Origin: Bacteroidales bacterium
Lineage (GTDB): Bacteria > Bacteroidota > Bacteroidia > Bacteroidales > WCHB1-69
Direction: 5' to 3'
NCBI GenBank assembly: GCA_017964255.1
Contig: JAGCSI010000019.1
Span: 8,286 to 72,285, forward strand
Length of the DNA stretch: 64,000 nucleotides
Of this stretch, positions 47,999 to 58,042 are shown piece after piece. The notes beneath the pieces are model-generated. The model worked only from the letters and a program-made list of their open reading frames with translations. It did no database searches and was not told where the DNA came from. The position numbers were made by a program, and so were the translations under genes. Every line of letters begins with the position of its first letter. Position 1 is the first letter of the stretch.

Positions 47999-48995
47999 AA
48001 CCATATTGTTGGTTGTCGTGATTATCATCGCGGTGGGGGGCACAATGGCCTATAACACTGTCTTTAAGAATAATAATGTGGCTGTTGAGGCGGCAATGAT
48101 AACGGTGCCGAAAAATGCCACTTTCGACCAGTTGATGGACTCGCTGAAGGTTCATCAGGTATTGATCAATGAGCGTACTTTCTTGTGGACCTGCGACTTG
48201 CGGCGTTTCAAAACCCCTCGTATGGGACATTATGAGCTGAAAGCGGGCATGACGAACTTGGAACTCACAAGCCTGCTGCGTCAGGGCCAGCATTATAGCG
48301 TGCAGTTCACATTCAATAATTTACGGACCAAAAAGCAGTTGGTGGACAAGGTGGATCATCGTTTCTTTTTTGCCCCTGAAGAATTGTCCAATCTTTTGAA
48401 CGACAATGATTTTCTGTCAAAATATGGCTTTGACACGGCGACTTGTGTGGCCGCTTTTATCCCCAATAGCTATGAGTTTTTTTATGACATCACGGCGGAG
48501 GATTTCTTTGAACGCATGATGAGCTATTATCACAAGTTCTGGAACGAGGAGCGCTTGAAACAGGCGAAGGAGATAGGCCTCAGTCCCACAGAAGTGGCGG
48601 TGCTGGCTTCTATCGTGGAGGAGGAGAACCACCGGGCTGTGGAAAAAGCGATGATTGCCGGGGTGTATATGAACCGTTTGAACAAGGGCATGTTGCTGCA
48701 GGCCGACCCGACGGTGAAGTTTGCCGTGGGCGATCCGACATTGAAGCGTATTTTGTTAGTACATACAACGATAGATTCCCCGTATAACACTTATTTGTAC
48801 CCAGGACTTCCCCCTGCTCCCATTCGCATTCCCGAAGCTTCCACCATGGATTCGGTATTGCATTATACGCATCATAACTATCTGTATATGTGTGCCAAAG
48901 AGGATTTGTCGGGCTATCATAACTTTGCTGCCACGCTGGCGGAGCACAACCGCAATGCCGCTGCCTATCACCAAGCACTGAACCGGTTGAGATAA
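47982..48995 (+). CDS. mltG: Endolytic murein transglycosylase MltG (YceG-like)
   Basis: 337 aa with an N-terminal TM, LASIVEEE, LQADPTV and SPYNTYLYPGLPPAPIRIP. Confidence 0.9.
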   Translation: MKMRNRTILLVVVIIIAVGGTMAYNTVFKNNNVAVEAAMITVPKNATFDQLMDSLKVHQVLINERTFLWTCDLRRFKTPRMGHYELKAGMTNLELTSLLRQGQHYSVQFTFNNLRTKKQLVDKVDHRFFFAPEELSNLLNDNDFLSKYGFDTATCVAAFIPNSYEFFYDITAEDFFERMMSYYHKFWNEERLKQAKEIGLSPTEVAVLASIVEEENHRAVEKAMIAGVYMNRLNKGMLLQADPTVKFAVGDPTLKRILLVHTTIDSPYNTYLYPGLPPAPIRIPEASTMDSVLHYTHHNYLYMCAKEDLSGYHNFAATLAEHNRNAAAYHQALNRLR

Positions 48996-49018
48996 TTCAA
49001 AATTCAAAATAATGATTT

Positions 49019-49303
49019 TTCGATTTTTTGATTTGAAAGATACAGAGGCGTGCCAAAGGCACGATATCCTATTAACCCCGCACAACTCGTTGTGTGGGGT
49101 GGATAATGACCAGGTCCTGTCTGCGTGCAGAAAGCACGCTACATATACTCCAATGTGGCGTACCTACGGCACGCAGGAGCAAAGTGTTTTGCCGTATACC
49201 CCACATTGCGCTACGCTTATGCGGGGTTAATAGGATTGCGTGCTTTCAGCACGACTGATCACCTACATTGTACATCACTTTATAACACACTTTTATCACC
49301 AAC
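49019..49303. repeat. R1 multi-hairpin repeat, copy 2 (inverted relative to 1645-1927)
   Basis: See copy 1. Alignment by eye extends across ~285 bp including the flanks gatttgaaaga... and ...ttatcaccaa. Confidence 0.85.
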
Positions 49304-49374
49304 CAAAATAAGAAAATATAGCAAAACTAATAAACCATAAACTATCAATTATTAATTATTAATTGTAAATTACC

Positions 49375-50769
49375 ATGCGCCGCTTCCTGCTCATAGCCAT
49401 TGCCCTTCTTATACCTTTCGCTGCATTCTCACAGATTGCGGGTGTTTGGGAGGGTAAATTGCCTGTGGGCACAGATTCCCTGCGTTTGGTGTTGGCGGTG
49501 GAGCAGCATGGTGACAGTCTTTACGCCGAGATGGACAGTCCCGACCAGTATGCGGCTGGAATTGAAGTCAATAGCATCAGTTTCAAGAACGATACCCTGA
49601 AGTTGAAGTCAAAGGGTGTCGGCGCTAGTTTTCAAGGAGTTTATAATGCTGAAAATGAAAAAATTAAAGGTGTTTTCAAGCAGGGTGGGGGAAAACTGCC
49701 TTTGACCTTGTATCGGGTGGCGGAGCGATGGAAACTGAATCGTCCGCAGACCCCGCAGGAGCCTTTCCCCTACGAGACCGAGGAGGTGAAACTGCAGTTT
49801 CCTCATGCCACTTTGGGCCAGATTCCGATTACGGGAACGCTGTCGTATCCTTCTCGCAAACATGAATTTAACAATAAACTGCTGATTTTGGTCTCCGGCT
49901 CGGGTTGGCAGGACCGCGACGAGAGCATCATGGGTCACAAACCCTTTGCCGTCATCGCCGATTATCTGACCCGGCGAGGTTATGCCGTTTTCCGTTACGA
50001 TGATCTTCCTCGGGCACAGTATGCTAAATGCACCACGCTCGATTTTGCTGATGTGGCTTCTTTTGTGGTGGACTATTTCAAGCTTTTTAATGAGCATTTC
50101 AAGCAGGCCGAAGTGGGAATCCTCGGTCATAGCGAAGGGGGCACCATTGCGGTGATGGTGGCCGCGAAGAACAAAAATGTTGCTTTTATCATTTCTATGG
50201 CCGGCATGATGGCTTCCGCCAAAATGACCTTGTTGTATCAGATAGAGTCTCTTTATCAGCAAGATACAACCCTTTCCGCAGAGGAAAAAGCGGAGTCTGT
50301 GCGGATATCGGAAGCGTTGTATACCACCATAGAGCAGGCCAAGAGCGTCAAGGAGGCTTCGGATCGTTGCGGACAGTTGCTGCGGGACTATAGCAGGGGT
50401 ATGTCGGAGGAACAACAGCAAAAACTGAATATGACGCAGGCGGGTATCTTTCAGACTATGAGAACGGTAAGCTCGCCTTGGTTTTATGAGTTGTTCCGGC
50501 TGAACCAGCCCAAATATCTGAAAAAGGTGAAGTGTCCTGTGCTGGCCTTGAACGGCAAGAATGATTTGCAGGTGGAGTGGGAGAGTAACTTTTCCGTTTT
50601 GGAACAAAACCTGCCCAAAAAGACCAACTTGTCCACTCATGCATACGAACGTCTGAATCATCTGTTCCAGCCTTGTGAAACTGGTCTGCCCACAGAATAT
50701 GGACAAATTGAGACCACCATTTCCGAAGAGGTGCTGCGTGATATCGAGCAGTGGTTGGAGGAACGGTAA
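49375..50769 (+). CDS. Secreted alpha/beta hydrolase
   Basis: 464 aa with a signal peptide and nucleophile elbow GHSEGG. Confidence 0.7.
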   Translation: MRRFLLIAIALLIPFAAFSQIAGVWEGKLPVGTDSLRLVLAVEQHGDSLYAEMDSPDQYAAGIEVNSISFKNDTLKLKSKGVGASFQGVYNAENEKIKGVFKQGGGKLPLTLYRVAERWKLNRPQTPQEPFPYETEEVKLQFPHATLGQIPITGTLSYPSRKHEFNNKLLILVSGSGWQDRDESIMGHKPFAVIADYLTRRGYAVFRYDDLPRAQYAKCTTLDFADVASFVVDYFKLFNEHFKQAEVGILGHSEGGTIAVMVAAKNKNVAFIISMAGMMASAKMTLLYQIESLYQQDTTLSAEEKAESVRISEALYTTIEQAKSVKEASDRCGQLLRDYSRGMSEEQQQKLNMTQAGIFQTMRTVSSPWFYELFRLNQPKYLKKVKCPVLALNGKNDLQVEWESNFSVLEQNLPKKTNLSTHAYERLNHLFQPCETGLPTEYGQIETTISEEVLRDIEQWLEER

Positions 50770-50886
50770 TGTTTTTTTCAGTGCGCTCCACAGGGTTTGA
50801 TTAAGGATAAAAGTTAACATGAACATTTTTTGTAATTATTTCAGACTTGGTGTAGTTTTCGGTCTTTTTCTTACGTTATTAATATT

Positions 50887-51354
50887 GTGAAACTACAGGA
50901 TCCTTTCGAAGCTATGCTCCACCGCTACCGCGGCTTGCTGTTCTCGCTGTGTCGACACTACTGCCGTCGTGGCTTGGAGGCCGAGGATTTGTTGCAGGAA
51001 GCCACGCTGGCGTTATGGCGCGACCGGGAGAGATTGCTTTCGCTACCCACGGTGCAACAAGCGGCACTGACTTGGAAGATAGGTCGCAACGCCATGATAG
51101 ACTGCTTGCGGCGGCTGAAAGAGACCGAGTCGCTTCCGGAAGAATACGAGACGGTTGAGGAGGACCGTAGCTTGTTGCGCGAATTGCATGAAAGGATAGC
51201 CTTGCTGGATGAACCCGACCGTTCTATCGTGAGGCTGCAACTGGAGGGTTATAATTATGAGGAGATTGGCCAGCAGGTGGGAATGACGGAAAAGAATGTG
51301 AGCGTGAGACTGGTGAGAATAAAAGAGAAACTTAGAAAATCAATGGCAATATGA
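50887..51354 (+). CDS. ECF-type RNA polymerase sigma-70 family factor
   Basis: 155 aa (GTG start; alternative ATG at 50914). Region 2 LLQEATLALW and a region 4 HTH (EEIGQQVGMTEKNVSVRLVRIKEKL). Confidence 0.8.
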   Translation: MKLQDPFEAMLHRYRGLLFSLCRHYCRRGLEAEDLLQEATLALWRDRERLLSLPTVQQAALTWKIGRNAMIDCLRRLKETESLPEEYETVEEDRSLLRELHERIALLDEPDRSIVRLQLEGYNYEEIGQQVGMTEKNVSVRLVRIKEKLRKSMAI

Positions 51355-51620
51355 CAGAAAACGAATTTGAAAAATTGTGGCAGCAGGCCGAGGTGAAAGG
51401 CTATGGACAACGCCTGGCCGCTGAATATCCTGTCTGGAGGCGGAAACAGCAGCGCATCGCCGGCGTGGTGACGGCATCGTTGGCTGTGGTGGTTCTGACC
51501 GTGGCGGTGCTTTTTGCCCAGCTGCAACAGCCCCGTGACTATAAGAAAGTATATTGTAACCGTGTCGGCACCACCGACGCGCAATGGGCTTCTTTGGCCG
51601 CAGAAATGCTGATGGAATAA
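51351..51620 (+). CDS. Small single-TM protein, putative anti-sigma-like partner
   Basis: 89 aa. ATGA overlap with the sigma gene. One TM (IAGVVTASLAVVVLTVAVLFA). Confidence 0.5.
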   Translation: MTENEFEKLWQQAEVKGYGQRLAAEYPVWRRKQQRIAGVVTASLAVVVLTVAVLFAQLQQPRDYKKVYCNRVGTTDAQWASLAAEMLME

Positions 51621-52021
51621 TGAAACGACTACTGATTTTTTTGATTTTGCTGCTTCCGATAGCGGCAATGGCGCAGAGCGAACTGTACAAACACTATGCT
51701 TCGCGACAGGACCTTACCGTGGCGCAGGTGAACGGCTTCAAGCTGAATGACGCCGTGCGTGTGGACGTGGTGCTCGTCGTAGCCGACAATGAGTCCGCCT
51801 GGAACCAGCTCAAGGAGGAACTGGATATCCGTGGCGATGAGGGGGTCAACAGTTGGTTGGGAGAACTGAAACAACCTGCCAAGCGGACCAATTGGAACGG
51901 GAAAACGGTGTTGCGTGTGGTCGCTTCACATGCCCGTCGTACCGTGGGGTTCTACCGCCTCAATACCGAGGAACAGTACGATGCTTTACTGGATTATCAA
52001 CTTGAAAAAATGAAAAAATAG
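51620..52021 (+). CDS. Secreted protein, possibly DUF4252
   Basis: 133 aa from MKRLLIFLILLLPIAAMA. TAATG overlap with the upstream gene. The family call is a recollection of the typical ECF / DUF4252 context. Confidence 0.45.
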   Translation: MKRLLIFLILLLPIAAMAQSELYKHYASRQDLTVAQVNGFKLNDAVRVDVVLVVADNESAWNQLKEELDIRGDEGVNSWLGELKQPAKRTNWNGKTVLRVVASHARRTVGFYRLNTEEQYDALLDYQLEKMKK

Positions 52022-52023
52022 AG

Positions 52024-52872
52024 ATGAAAAAACAAGCATATATAAAAAGAACATTGAAAATTACCGCACTGATGGCGCTTGTGGTGATGTGTCTTGCGGC
52101 ATGTAAAAAACAGGAAACTAATGTTGATGGAGGTGGGGGAGATGGCAATCATAATAAAGTGGAACGTGCCATCATTTATACGGTGGGACACAGTGAAAAC
52201 CAACGGACTGTGGCCACCGAGGCAGAGTGGGATGCCCTGTTGGACCATCTTTGCGACCAAGCACAGAGTGGTAACGAGGTGATATTCTATAACATGCGTC
52301 CCACAAGCTGCCATACGGGGAAGAAAGTTCAGGCTCCTAAGAGTCCGACAACCATCAGCACCAGCAGCCGTGACGAAATCAAAGCCTGGATGAAAGAGAT
52401 GGAGGAGCAAGGACACACGGTAAAAGTTTCTTATGACAGTTCCACCGGTACTTGGACTGGTGTGGCTTATTCCACGATGGCACACCTGGCCACAGACAGT
52501 ATTATAGGTACATGGCATTTCAATAGTTTGATGACAAACCAAATAGCTCCAGATGGTCATCTTCTGGAAGGCGATCTCTATGTCCCTGAGGAAAACGGAG
52601 GCTCCATGTACTATACTTTCAATGATAACGGGTATTTGTTGCTGACGTTCAATGCCATGGACGGGACTGTCGCTACAGATAGCACAACTTGGACTCTTAC
52701 GGATGAGGGCAAGCTTTACAGCGATTTGCTGCCCAATAACGGTTATTGGGATGTGAATTGGATAACCATGAGCACCATGATTATCTCACGAACTGGCTTG
52801 GGTGTAGGCGACAATGACTTCTATTATCAGCTGCAATTCAACAGACAAAGAAAAAAAATATCGCAGCTGTAG
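52024..52872 (+). CDS. Hypothetical lipoprotein (282 aa)
   Basis: Signal plus lipobox LAACKK. No family recognised. Confidence 0.55.
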   Translation: MKKQAYIKRTLKITALMALVVMCLAACKKQETNVDGGGGDGNHNKVERAIIYTVGHSENQRTVATEAEWDALLDHLCDQAQSGNEVIFYNMRPTSCHTGKKVQAPKSPTTISTSSRDEIKAWMKEMEEQGHTVKVSYDSSTGTWTGVAYSTMAHLATDSIIGTWHFNSLMTNQIAPDGHLLEGDLYVPEENGGSMYYTFNDNGYLLLTFNAMDGTVATDSTTWTLTDEGKLYSDLLPNNGYWDVNWITMSTMIISRTGLGVGDNDFYYQLQFNRQRKKISQL

Positions 52873-52950
52873 TTTTTTGTCCTTTCTTTTCGTTCTTATG
52901 ACAGAAACATTCAAATTCATCAAATAATCAAATTAAAAAACAAAAACAGT

Positions 52951-53544
52951 ATGAAAAAAAGTATTTTATTGATCGCAGTAGCCGCTTTCGTGCTTTGCCT
53001 GTCCTCTTGTCAGAAAGAAAATGTTGTTCGTGAAGGAAACGATATTATCAATGGAGGTACCACTCCTACCACACGTGTGACGACTACCGCCGACCTTTCC
53101 GGTACCAATTGGACCGCTAATTTCTCTCTTGGTGATTTAGTTTACGCTATGACGGGCATGAGCCTCAATGACTATGGTTGCCAGTTCCCAGAAGGTTTTG
53201 ATACCAATATGGTTTATCACATCAATTTTGATCCTCAATTTGCACACATCACTTTCTCCGGAAACATCAGCATGATTAATGTTGCCGAAGTGGCAGGTGG
53301 ATATACTATGGATGAGATCCAGCAGATGGATTTGGTATATGCTTATAACGGTTCAACCCATACTGGTACTTTGACCGCTGTAGGTACCGACGAGAATGGC
53401 GCCCCCATCAACTATCAGATTGACTTCACTTATGATGACAATAACGACACGATTACCATTTATCTGCAATTTGCTAATGCCGAGAATGAAAATACTACGA
53501 TAAACTTCCCGTTGGTGTTCCATCGCGATGGCGCAGCTGCCTAA
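52951..53544 (+). CDS. Hypothetical lipoprotein (197 aa)
   Basis: Signal plus lipobox LSSCQK. No family recognised. Confidence 0.55.
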   Translation: MKKSILLIAVAAFVLCLSSCQKENVVREGNDIINGGTTPTTRVTTTADLSGTNWTANFSLGDLVYAMTGMSLNDYGCQFPEGFDTNMVYHINFDPQFAHITFSGNISMINVAEVAGGYTMDEIQQMDLVYAYNGSTHTGTLTAVGTDENGAPINYQIDFTYDDNNDTITIYLQFANAENENTTINFPLVFHRDGAAA

Positions 53545-53596
53545 TCATTCTCCGCTTCTCCTCTGAATAACTGAATTCAGAATATATATTCATAAG

Positions 53597-53626
53597 CACC
53601 CGCCTTGTTGCGGGTGTTTTTTTTTT
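53597..53626 (+). terminator. Rho-independent terminator
   Basis: cacccgc cttgtt gcgggtg followed by a T10 run. Confidence 0.8.
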
Positions 53627-53656
53627 ACTGTGCCATATTTTTTCATAGTAAATGCT

Positions 53657-53664
53657 TATCTTTG
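53657..53664 (+). promoter_or_regulatory. Candidate -7 box (TATCTTTG) for the WYL regulator
   Basis: Matches TAnnTTTG, 20 nt upstream of ATG 53684. Confidence 0.45.
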
Positions 53665-53683
53665 CAGCATAAAATTAAGCATT

Positions 53684-54613
53684 ATGGGTAAAAATCTGAT
53701 TAATAGGTATATATGGCTGATAGATACCATTTATCAAGCTGGTTCATCGGGGATTACACTCCGTGAGATTTCGGAAAAATGGGAAAGCAACTGGCGAATG
53801 TCTGGTAAGGAGAAGTATCCGAGACGCACTTTTATGAACCACAAAGAAGATATTTGGGACATCTTCGGCATTGAAATAGGCTGTCATAAGCACTCCAATT
53901 GCTACTATATTGTGGATAGCGGGGACATTTCCGACTCGTCGGGTTTTCGCAGGTGGATGTTCGAGACGTTAGCCGTAAACAACCATATTAACGAGAGTGC
54001 CCAGTTGCACGACCGTATCTTGCTGGAAGACAATCCTTCTGGTGGTGAGTTCCTATCTACCATCCTGGAGGCGATGCGAGACGGCAAGATGATAACTTTC
54101 GACTACAAACCTTTCTGGGCAGAAGGAGATCGAGTGTCAAGCTTGTTCCATGTGGAGCCATACGCCTTGAAGGTGTTCAAACGCCGCTGGTATCTGTTGG
54201 GCAAATATGGCAACTCCCCGCTGAAACTCTATTGTCTCGATCGCTTTCTGAATATCGACATCGAATTCGAAGACTTTACGATGCCCCAGGACTTCAACGC
54301 AAACGCCTATTTCTCCACCTGTTTCGGCATTATCCTTGGCGATGAAGAACCACAGAGTATCAAGTTAAAAGTGGCTGACTATCAGGCAAACTATCTTCGT
54401 TCGCTTCCTCTGCATCACTCACAGAAAGAGGAGAAACGCACCGATGAGCACACCATTTTCAGCTATTATCTGCGTCCCACATTTGACTTCGTACAAGAGT
54501 TGCTCTCCATGGGCGAAACCGTGGAAGTACTTGAGCCCGCCTCCCTACGTTCGGAGATGGAGCGGATTGGGAAAGAGATTGCGAAGAATCATAAAGGAAA
54601 GAGGAATGCATAG
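53684..54613 (+). CDS. WYL-domain transcriptional regulator (wHTH-WYL-WCX architecture)
   Basis: 309 aa from MGKNLINRYIWLID, with N-terminal ITLREISEKW and a WYL motif FKRRWYLLGKY. Confidence 0.8.
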   Translation: MGKNLINRYIWLIDTIYQAGSSGITLREISEKWESNWRMSGKEKYPRRTFMNHKEDIWDIFGIEIGCHKHSNCYYIVDSGDISDSSGFRRWMFETLAVNNHINESAQLHDRILLEDNPSGGEFLSTILEAMRDGKMITFDYKPFWAEGDRVSSLFHVEPYALKVFKRRWYLLGKYGNSPLKLYCLDRFLNIDIEFEDFTMPQDFNANAYFSTCFGIILGDEEPQSIKLKVADYQANYLRSLPLHHSQKEEKRTDEHTIFSYYLRPTFDFVQELLSMGETVEVLEPASLRSEMERIGKEIAKNHKGKRNA

Positions 54614-54628
54614 GTATATTTAATAATT

Positions 54629-55741
54629 TTATTCCGGTTTCTTCCACTTCACATTATTCCCGTAGATGGAAACCAACGCATTGAACGGCAGACTGTTGAT
54701 GGTTTCGATGGTCTTCGGTAGTTCGTTGATGATTTTTAGGAACTGCTCCATTTTTTCGTAACGGACGTGGAAGGTCAGGCACCGCCGGTTTTTGCACTTG
54801 ATTTTAAGCTCAATGCCAGCCGCCTTCCCACTGCGACAACCCTCATTTCCGTACCATTGGAACAAGGCATATTCCAGCGAAAGTTCCTGCATTTTGGTTT
54901 CCAGCAGGTTCTCCATCGTTTTTTTATTAATACTGCAGAGTTTTGTTCTCTTTATCGCTTCATCAGTAATCATACAAGTTTGATTGTACAGAGCTGGTAC
55001 GATTTCCGCCAATGCACGGACTCTCTCTACGGTCAATTCTCTGTTAGTGTAGCAATCAATCCCCTTGTATTCAATAAGGGCGCTGAACATGCGTCTTGTG
55101 TAGGAGATTTTCACTTCTCCGAGTTTACAGAAATAGTCGGTGCCATTCTCTTCTTTGCGGAAAGAACATCCTTGTCTTCGTAACTCTGATAGAATATTGT
55201 CATGCTGCCGGAATTCTTTCGGCCATGTTTGGATTTTGTGCTCTAGTATTTTTTCGAAAACTTGTTTCAAGATCCATCGTGAATCATTTGGTGATCTCGC
55301 AGTTAATTCCATGGCAAATCTTTCCCAGTTCTTCTTGAAATTCTGTTCGCACACATCATATACTTGTTGTTCAATGGAGTTCCACTCTTCAAACAGTTTG
55401 GGAAGTTTGGCATTATAGTCAAGCAGTGAAGACAATGCAAGTGGATAGTGTAAATGGAGACTTAAGTCCAAGTCTGCTTTTCCCTGTGAATTATAGACCA
55501 CAACATCGTAGATACCATAGTACTCCTCGCAAGTGACCTTTATATTAGAAAGCCGGAACTGGATTTTTAATGGATCATGGTTGGGGTTAGTGTAGGGAAT
55601 ATTGTTGGCAGGAAGCTCAACGGCCATTTTACTGCGACTCCTGGCATATATCCAATGGTTCAAGAAAAAATGTTCTTTTGCTTCGTGGATGTCGTCAGTA
55701 TGAATGCGTTTCAGTTTGTCAAAATAATTCTCGTTTTCCAT
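54629..55741 (-). CDS. Hypothetical protein (370 aa), last gene of the MoxR/VWA operon
   Basis: Long ORF 34 nt downstream of the VWA gene. No motif recognised. AT-rich. Confidence 0.6.
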   Translation of the reverse strand: MENENYFDKLKRIHTDDIHEAKEHFFLNHWIYARSRSKMAVELPANNIPYTNPNHDPLKIQFRLSNIKVTCEEYYGIYDVVVYNSQGKADLDLSLHLHYPLALSSLLDYNAKLPKLFEEWNSIEQQVYDVCEQNFKKNWERFAMELTARSPNDSRWILKQVFEKILEHKIQTWPKEFRQHDNILSELRRQGCSFRKEENGTDYFCKLGEVKISYTRRMFSALIEYKGIDCYTNRELTVERVRALAEIVPALYNQTCMITDEAIKRTKLCSINKKTMENLLETKMQELSLEYALFQWYGNEGCRSGKAAGIELKIKCKNRRCLTFHVRYEKMEQFLKIINELPKTIETINSLPFNALVSIYGNNVKWKKPE

Positions 55742-55775
55742 TTTTTTTATTTTTCAAAAATTATAATACACTTGT

Positions 55776-56981
55776 TTATTCTCGAATAAATGCTGCTTTT
55801 CCACTCTTTCGCATCCATTCCCGGTGCCGTTCGTAGTTTTGCTCACAGTCGCAAATCCAGAGCACTTTAGTTTGCATCGGTTGTGGTACTTTGGGTTCGG
55901 AGGCATGGCCGTCGGTGAAAATGATCATGCCGTCATAATGCGGGTGCTTCGCAATATAGTCGAACAGTATTTGGAAGTTTGTGCCGCCGCGCCCCTCAAT
56001 CTTCACCTCCTTTGGCGCTTTTTTGAGTGTGATGAGTTCCTTCAAACCCGCATCGAATGGCAGTACATAGATTGTTTCCACTCCGTATTTGAAAAAACGG
56101 GCAGTGGCCGAATAGAAGGTGGACAGTGCGTCTGAAGAGACAGAACCGCTCACATCCACGCATACTAAAATGTTGGATGCCAGCTCGTAACGACTTCCCA
56201 TCTGCTGAAAACCGCTGCGCCGGTTGGGCCTCATTCGTGTGAGCCGCCGCCTGCTGCATAGGATGCTGGTGTGGAAACTTCGCAGGATGGCCTTGTAGTT
56301 GAGTTTCACCTTGAGTGTGGCCACCACCATTTCCGCGAAATGTCCCGGAATGGTGCCCCACGACTGCGAGGCCTCCAATTTCCGTATCAGTTCGTTGGTC
56401 TCTTCCTGGGCCAGCATATCCTCCTCCCACAGTCCGCTATAATCGGCCCACCGCTGGTCACTCTTATAATCACTATCTTTGGGGCTCGGTCCTTCGTCAT
56501 TGTCGCCCTCTAGCGTTTGTTTGCCGTCAGAGGGAATCCAGCTATCATCCGAATTGTCTCCGCTTTTACCAATCAAGTTGTTCAGTTTCAATGCGTACCA
56601 CTCGAAGCTCTCTCCAATTGGAAGCTGAAATTCGTGCGCTTTCGGGCATTCGAAATGGCAGAGCCGATAGTTCTGGTCCACCACGAAATTTCCCGCAATG
56701 GCGATGGATTCCGGCTTACAGCACTCGGGTTGCCGTTCGTATGGGTGCTTAAGCAAGATATGCAAGCACTCCACCTTAAGATACTCTTCCAACGCCTCAT
56801 CACTTAACATCCCGGCTAAAGCAGGGTTATATTCTATACGCCGTTCGCCTGTGCGCATCACGCACTTCATTTGCTCGTTTTCTGACAGCAAGTGACTACA
56901 ATAGACGGCGAAGAAGGTAGGCTCTGTGAGCCACCAGCGCTCCGTAATGTGTGTAATCCTTTCTTTAATGCTATAACTCAT
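55776..56981 (-). CDS. DUF2201-type protein: N-terminal metallopeptidase-like domain plus VWA domain
   Basis: 401 aa. N-domain WWLTEPTFF...RIEYNP...VECLHILLKHPYER and a VWA MIDAS motif ILVCVDVSGSVS. Overlaps the MoxR gene by 11 nt. Confidence 0.75.
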   Translation of the reverse strand: MSYSIKERITHITERWWLTEPTFFAVYCSHLLSENEQMKCVMRTGERRIEYNPALAGMLSDEALEEYLKVECLHILLKHPYERQPECCKPESIAIAGNFVVDQNYRLCHFECPKAHEFQLPIGESFEWYALKLNNLIGKSGDNSDDSWIPSDGKQTLEGDNDEGPSPKDSDYKSDQRWADYSGLWEEDMLAQEETNELIRKLEASQSWGTIPGHFAEMVVATLKVKLNYKAILRSFHTSILCSRRRLTRMRPNRRSGFQQMGSRYELASNILVCVDVSGSVSSDALSTFYSATARFFKYGVETIYVLPFDAGLKELITLKKAPKEVKIEGRGGTNFQILFDYIAKHPHYDGMIIFTDGHASEPKVPQPMQTKVLWICDCEQNYERHREWMRKSGKAAFIRE

Positions 56982-58041
56982 TTACAAAACTCCTTATCTG
57001 GTGATAGAAATCAACGTTGCGCCCCATAATCAGGGAAATAGCCCTTGGATAATTTCCTGATTCAAAAACAGATACTAGATGCGCAAAGGCTTCTTTGCTC
57101 TTCTTGCCCCGCAGCATTCGCCAGTATTGGTCGAAATTGGCCACTATGGTGGCCTCCTCTTCAGCCTCCCATTCCTGCATGTCAAGGAAACGGAAAATAT
57201 CTTCGTTCAACGTTGACAATTCGTGTAGTTTGTAGCGGGCGAGGCGTGCTTGACAGGCGTCGTAGTTCAGCAGTATTTTCTTGGCAGATAGTTGGTTGAA
57301 TGATGTCAGGAATTGGTAGAAGGCGGCAGTGGCGGGTGCTCCAACGATACCCGTACACATAATCTTCAAATCCTCCATGTTGTTCTGCCCTTTGATGCAG
57401 TCCGACAGTTTTTTCCACGCCCGTCGGTCGGGAGTTTTAGTGAGACCTGCCGCCTCGTCGCCACTGTATTTTCCATCGAGCATGTCGGTGTGGCTTTGTA
57501 TGAACTGTACCACGCGCTCGTCAAGATGGTTTTGACTGGCCCAGCGTATCCACTCCTGCACCGAGGGACGGAACTCGTAGATGTTGAAACGCGACACGAG
57601 GGCGGGGTCGAGGTCGGTAAGCTGGTACTCATCGCCGTCATTTACGGCTGAAATCACACGGCTGCCTTCGGGAAGTGCATGTCCTGCAAGAGTACGGTTA
57701 AGGGCAAGTTCCATAATGGTCTGCAGGATTTCGGGACGGGCGCGGTTCAACTCGTCCAAAAACAGCACCACGGGCTTTCCATCGACAGGGAACCAATAGG
57801 GTGGCATAAATTCGGTGATGCCGGTTTCTTCGTTCAGGCGCGGCAGCCCGATAAGGTCGCCGGGGTCGCTCATCTGTCCGAGGAAGAGCGCCACCACGGG
57901 GATTCCCTTGTCGGCGAAATAGTGGGTGAGGATTTCTGATTTGCCGATGCCGTGTTTGCCCACGAGCATGATGTTCTGGCTGGAGGGCATCACGCTTAAA
58001 ATATTCTCTAATTGTTTGATGTTGATTTTGCTGAGATTCAT
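56971..58041 (-). CDS. MoxR-like AAA+ ATPase (AAA_5)
   Basis: 356 aa with Walker A GKHGIGKSE, Walker B VVLFLDELNRA, a sensor region SAVN and a DPALVSRF arginine-finger region. Confidence 0.8.
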   Translation of the reverse strand: MNLSKINIKQLENILSVMPSSQNIMLVGKHGIGKSEILTHYFADKGIPVVALFLGQMSDPGDLIGLPRLNEETGITEFMPPYWFPVDGKPVVLFLDELNRARPEILQTIMELALNRTLAGHALPEGSRVISAVNDGDEYQLTDLDPALVSRFNIYEFRPSVQEWIRWASQNHLDERVVQFIQSHTDMLDGKYSGDEAAGLTKTPDRRAWKKLSDCIKGQNNMEDLKIMCTGIVGAPATAAFYQFLTSFNQLSAKKILLNYDACQARLARYKLHELSTLNEDIFRFLDMQEWEAEEEATIVANFDQYWRMLRGKKSKEAFAHLVSVFESGNYPRAISLIMGRNVDFYHQIRSFVNEL

Positions 58042-58042
58042 C

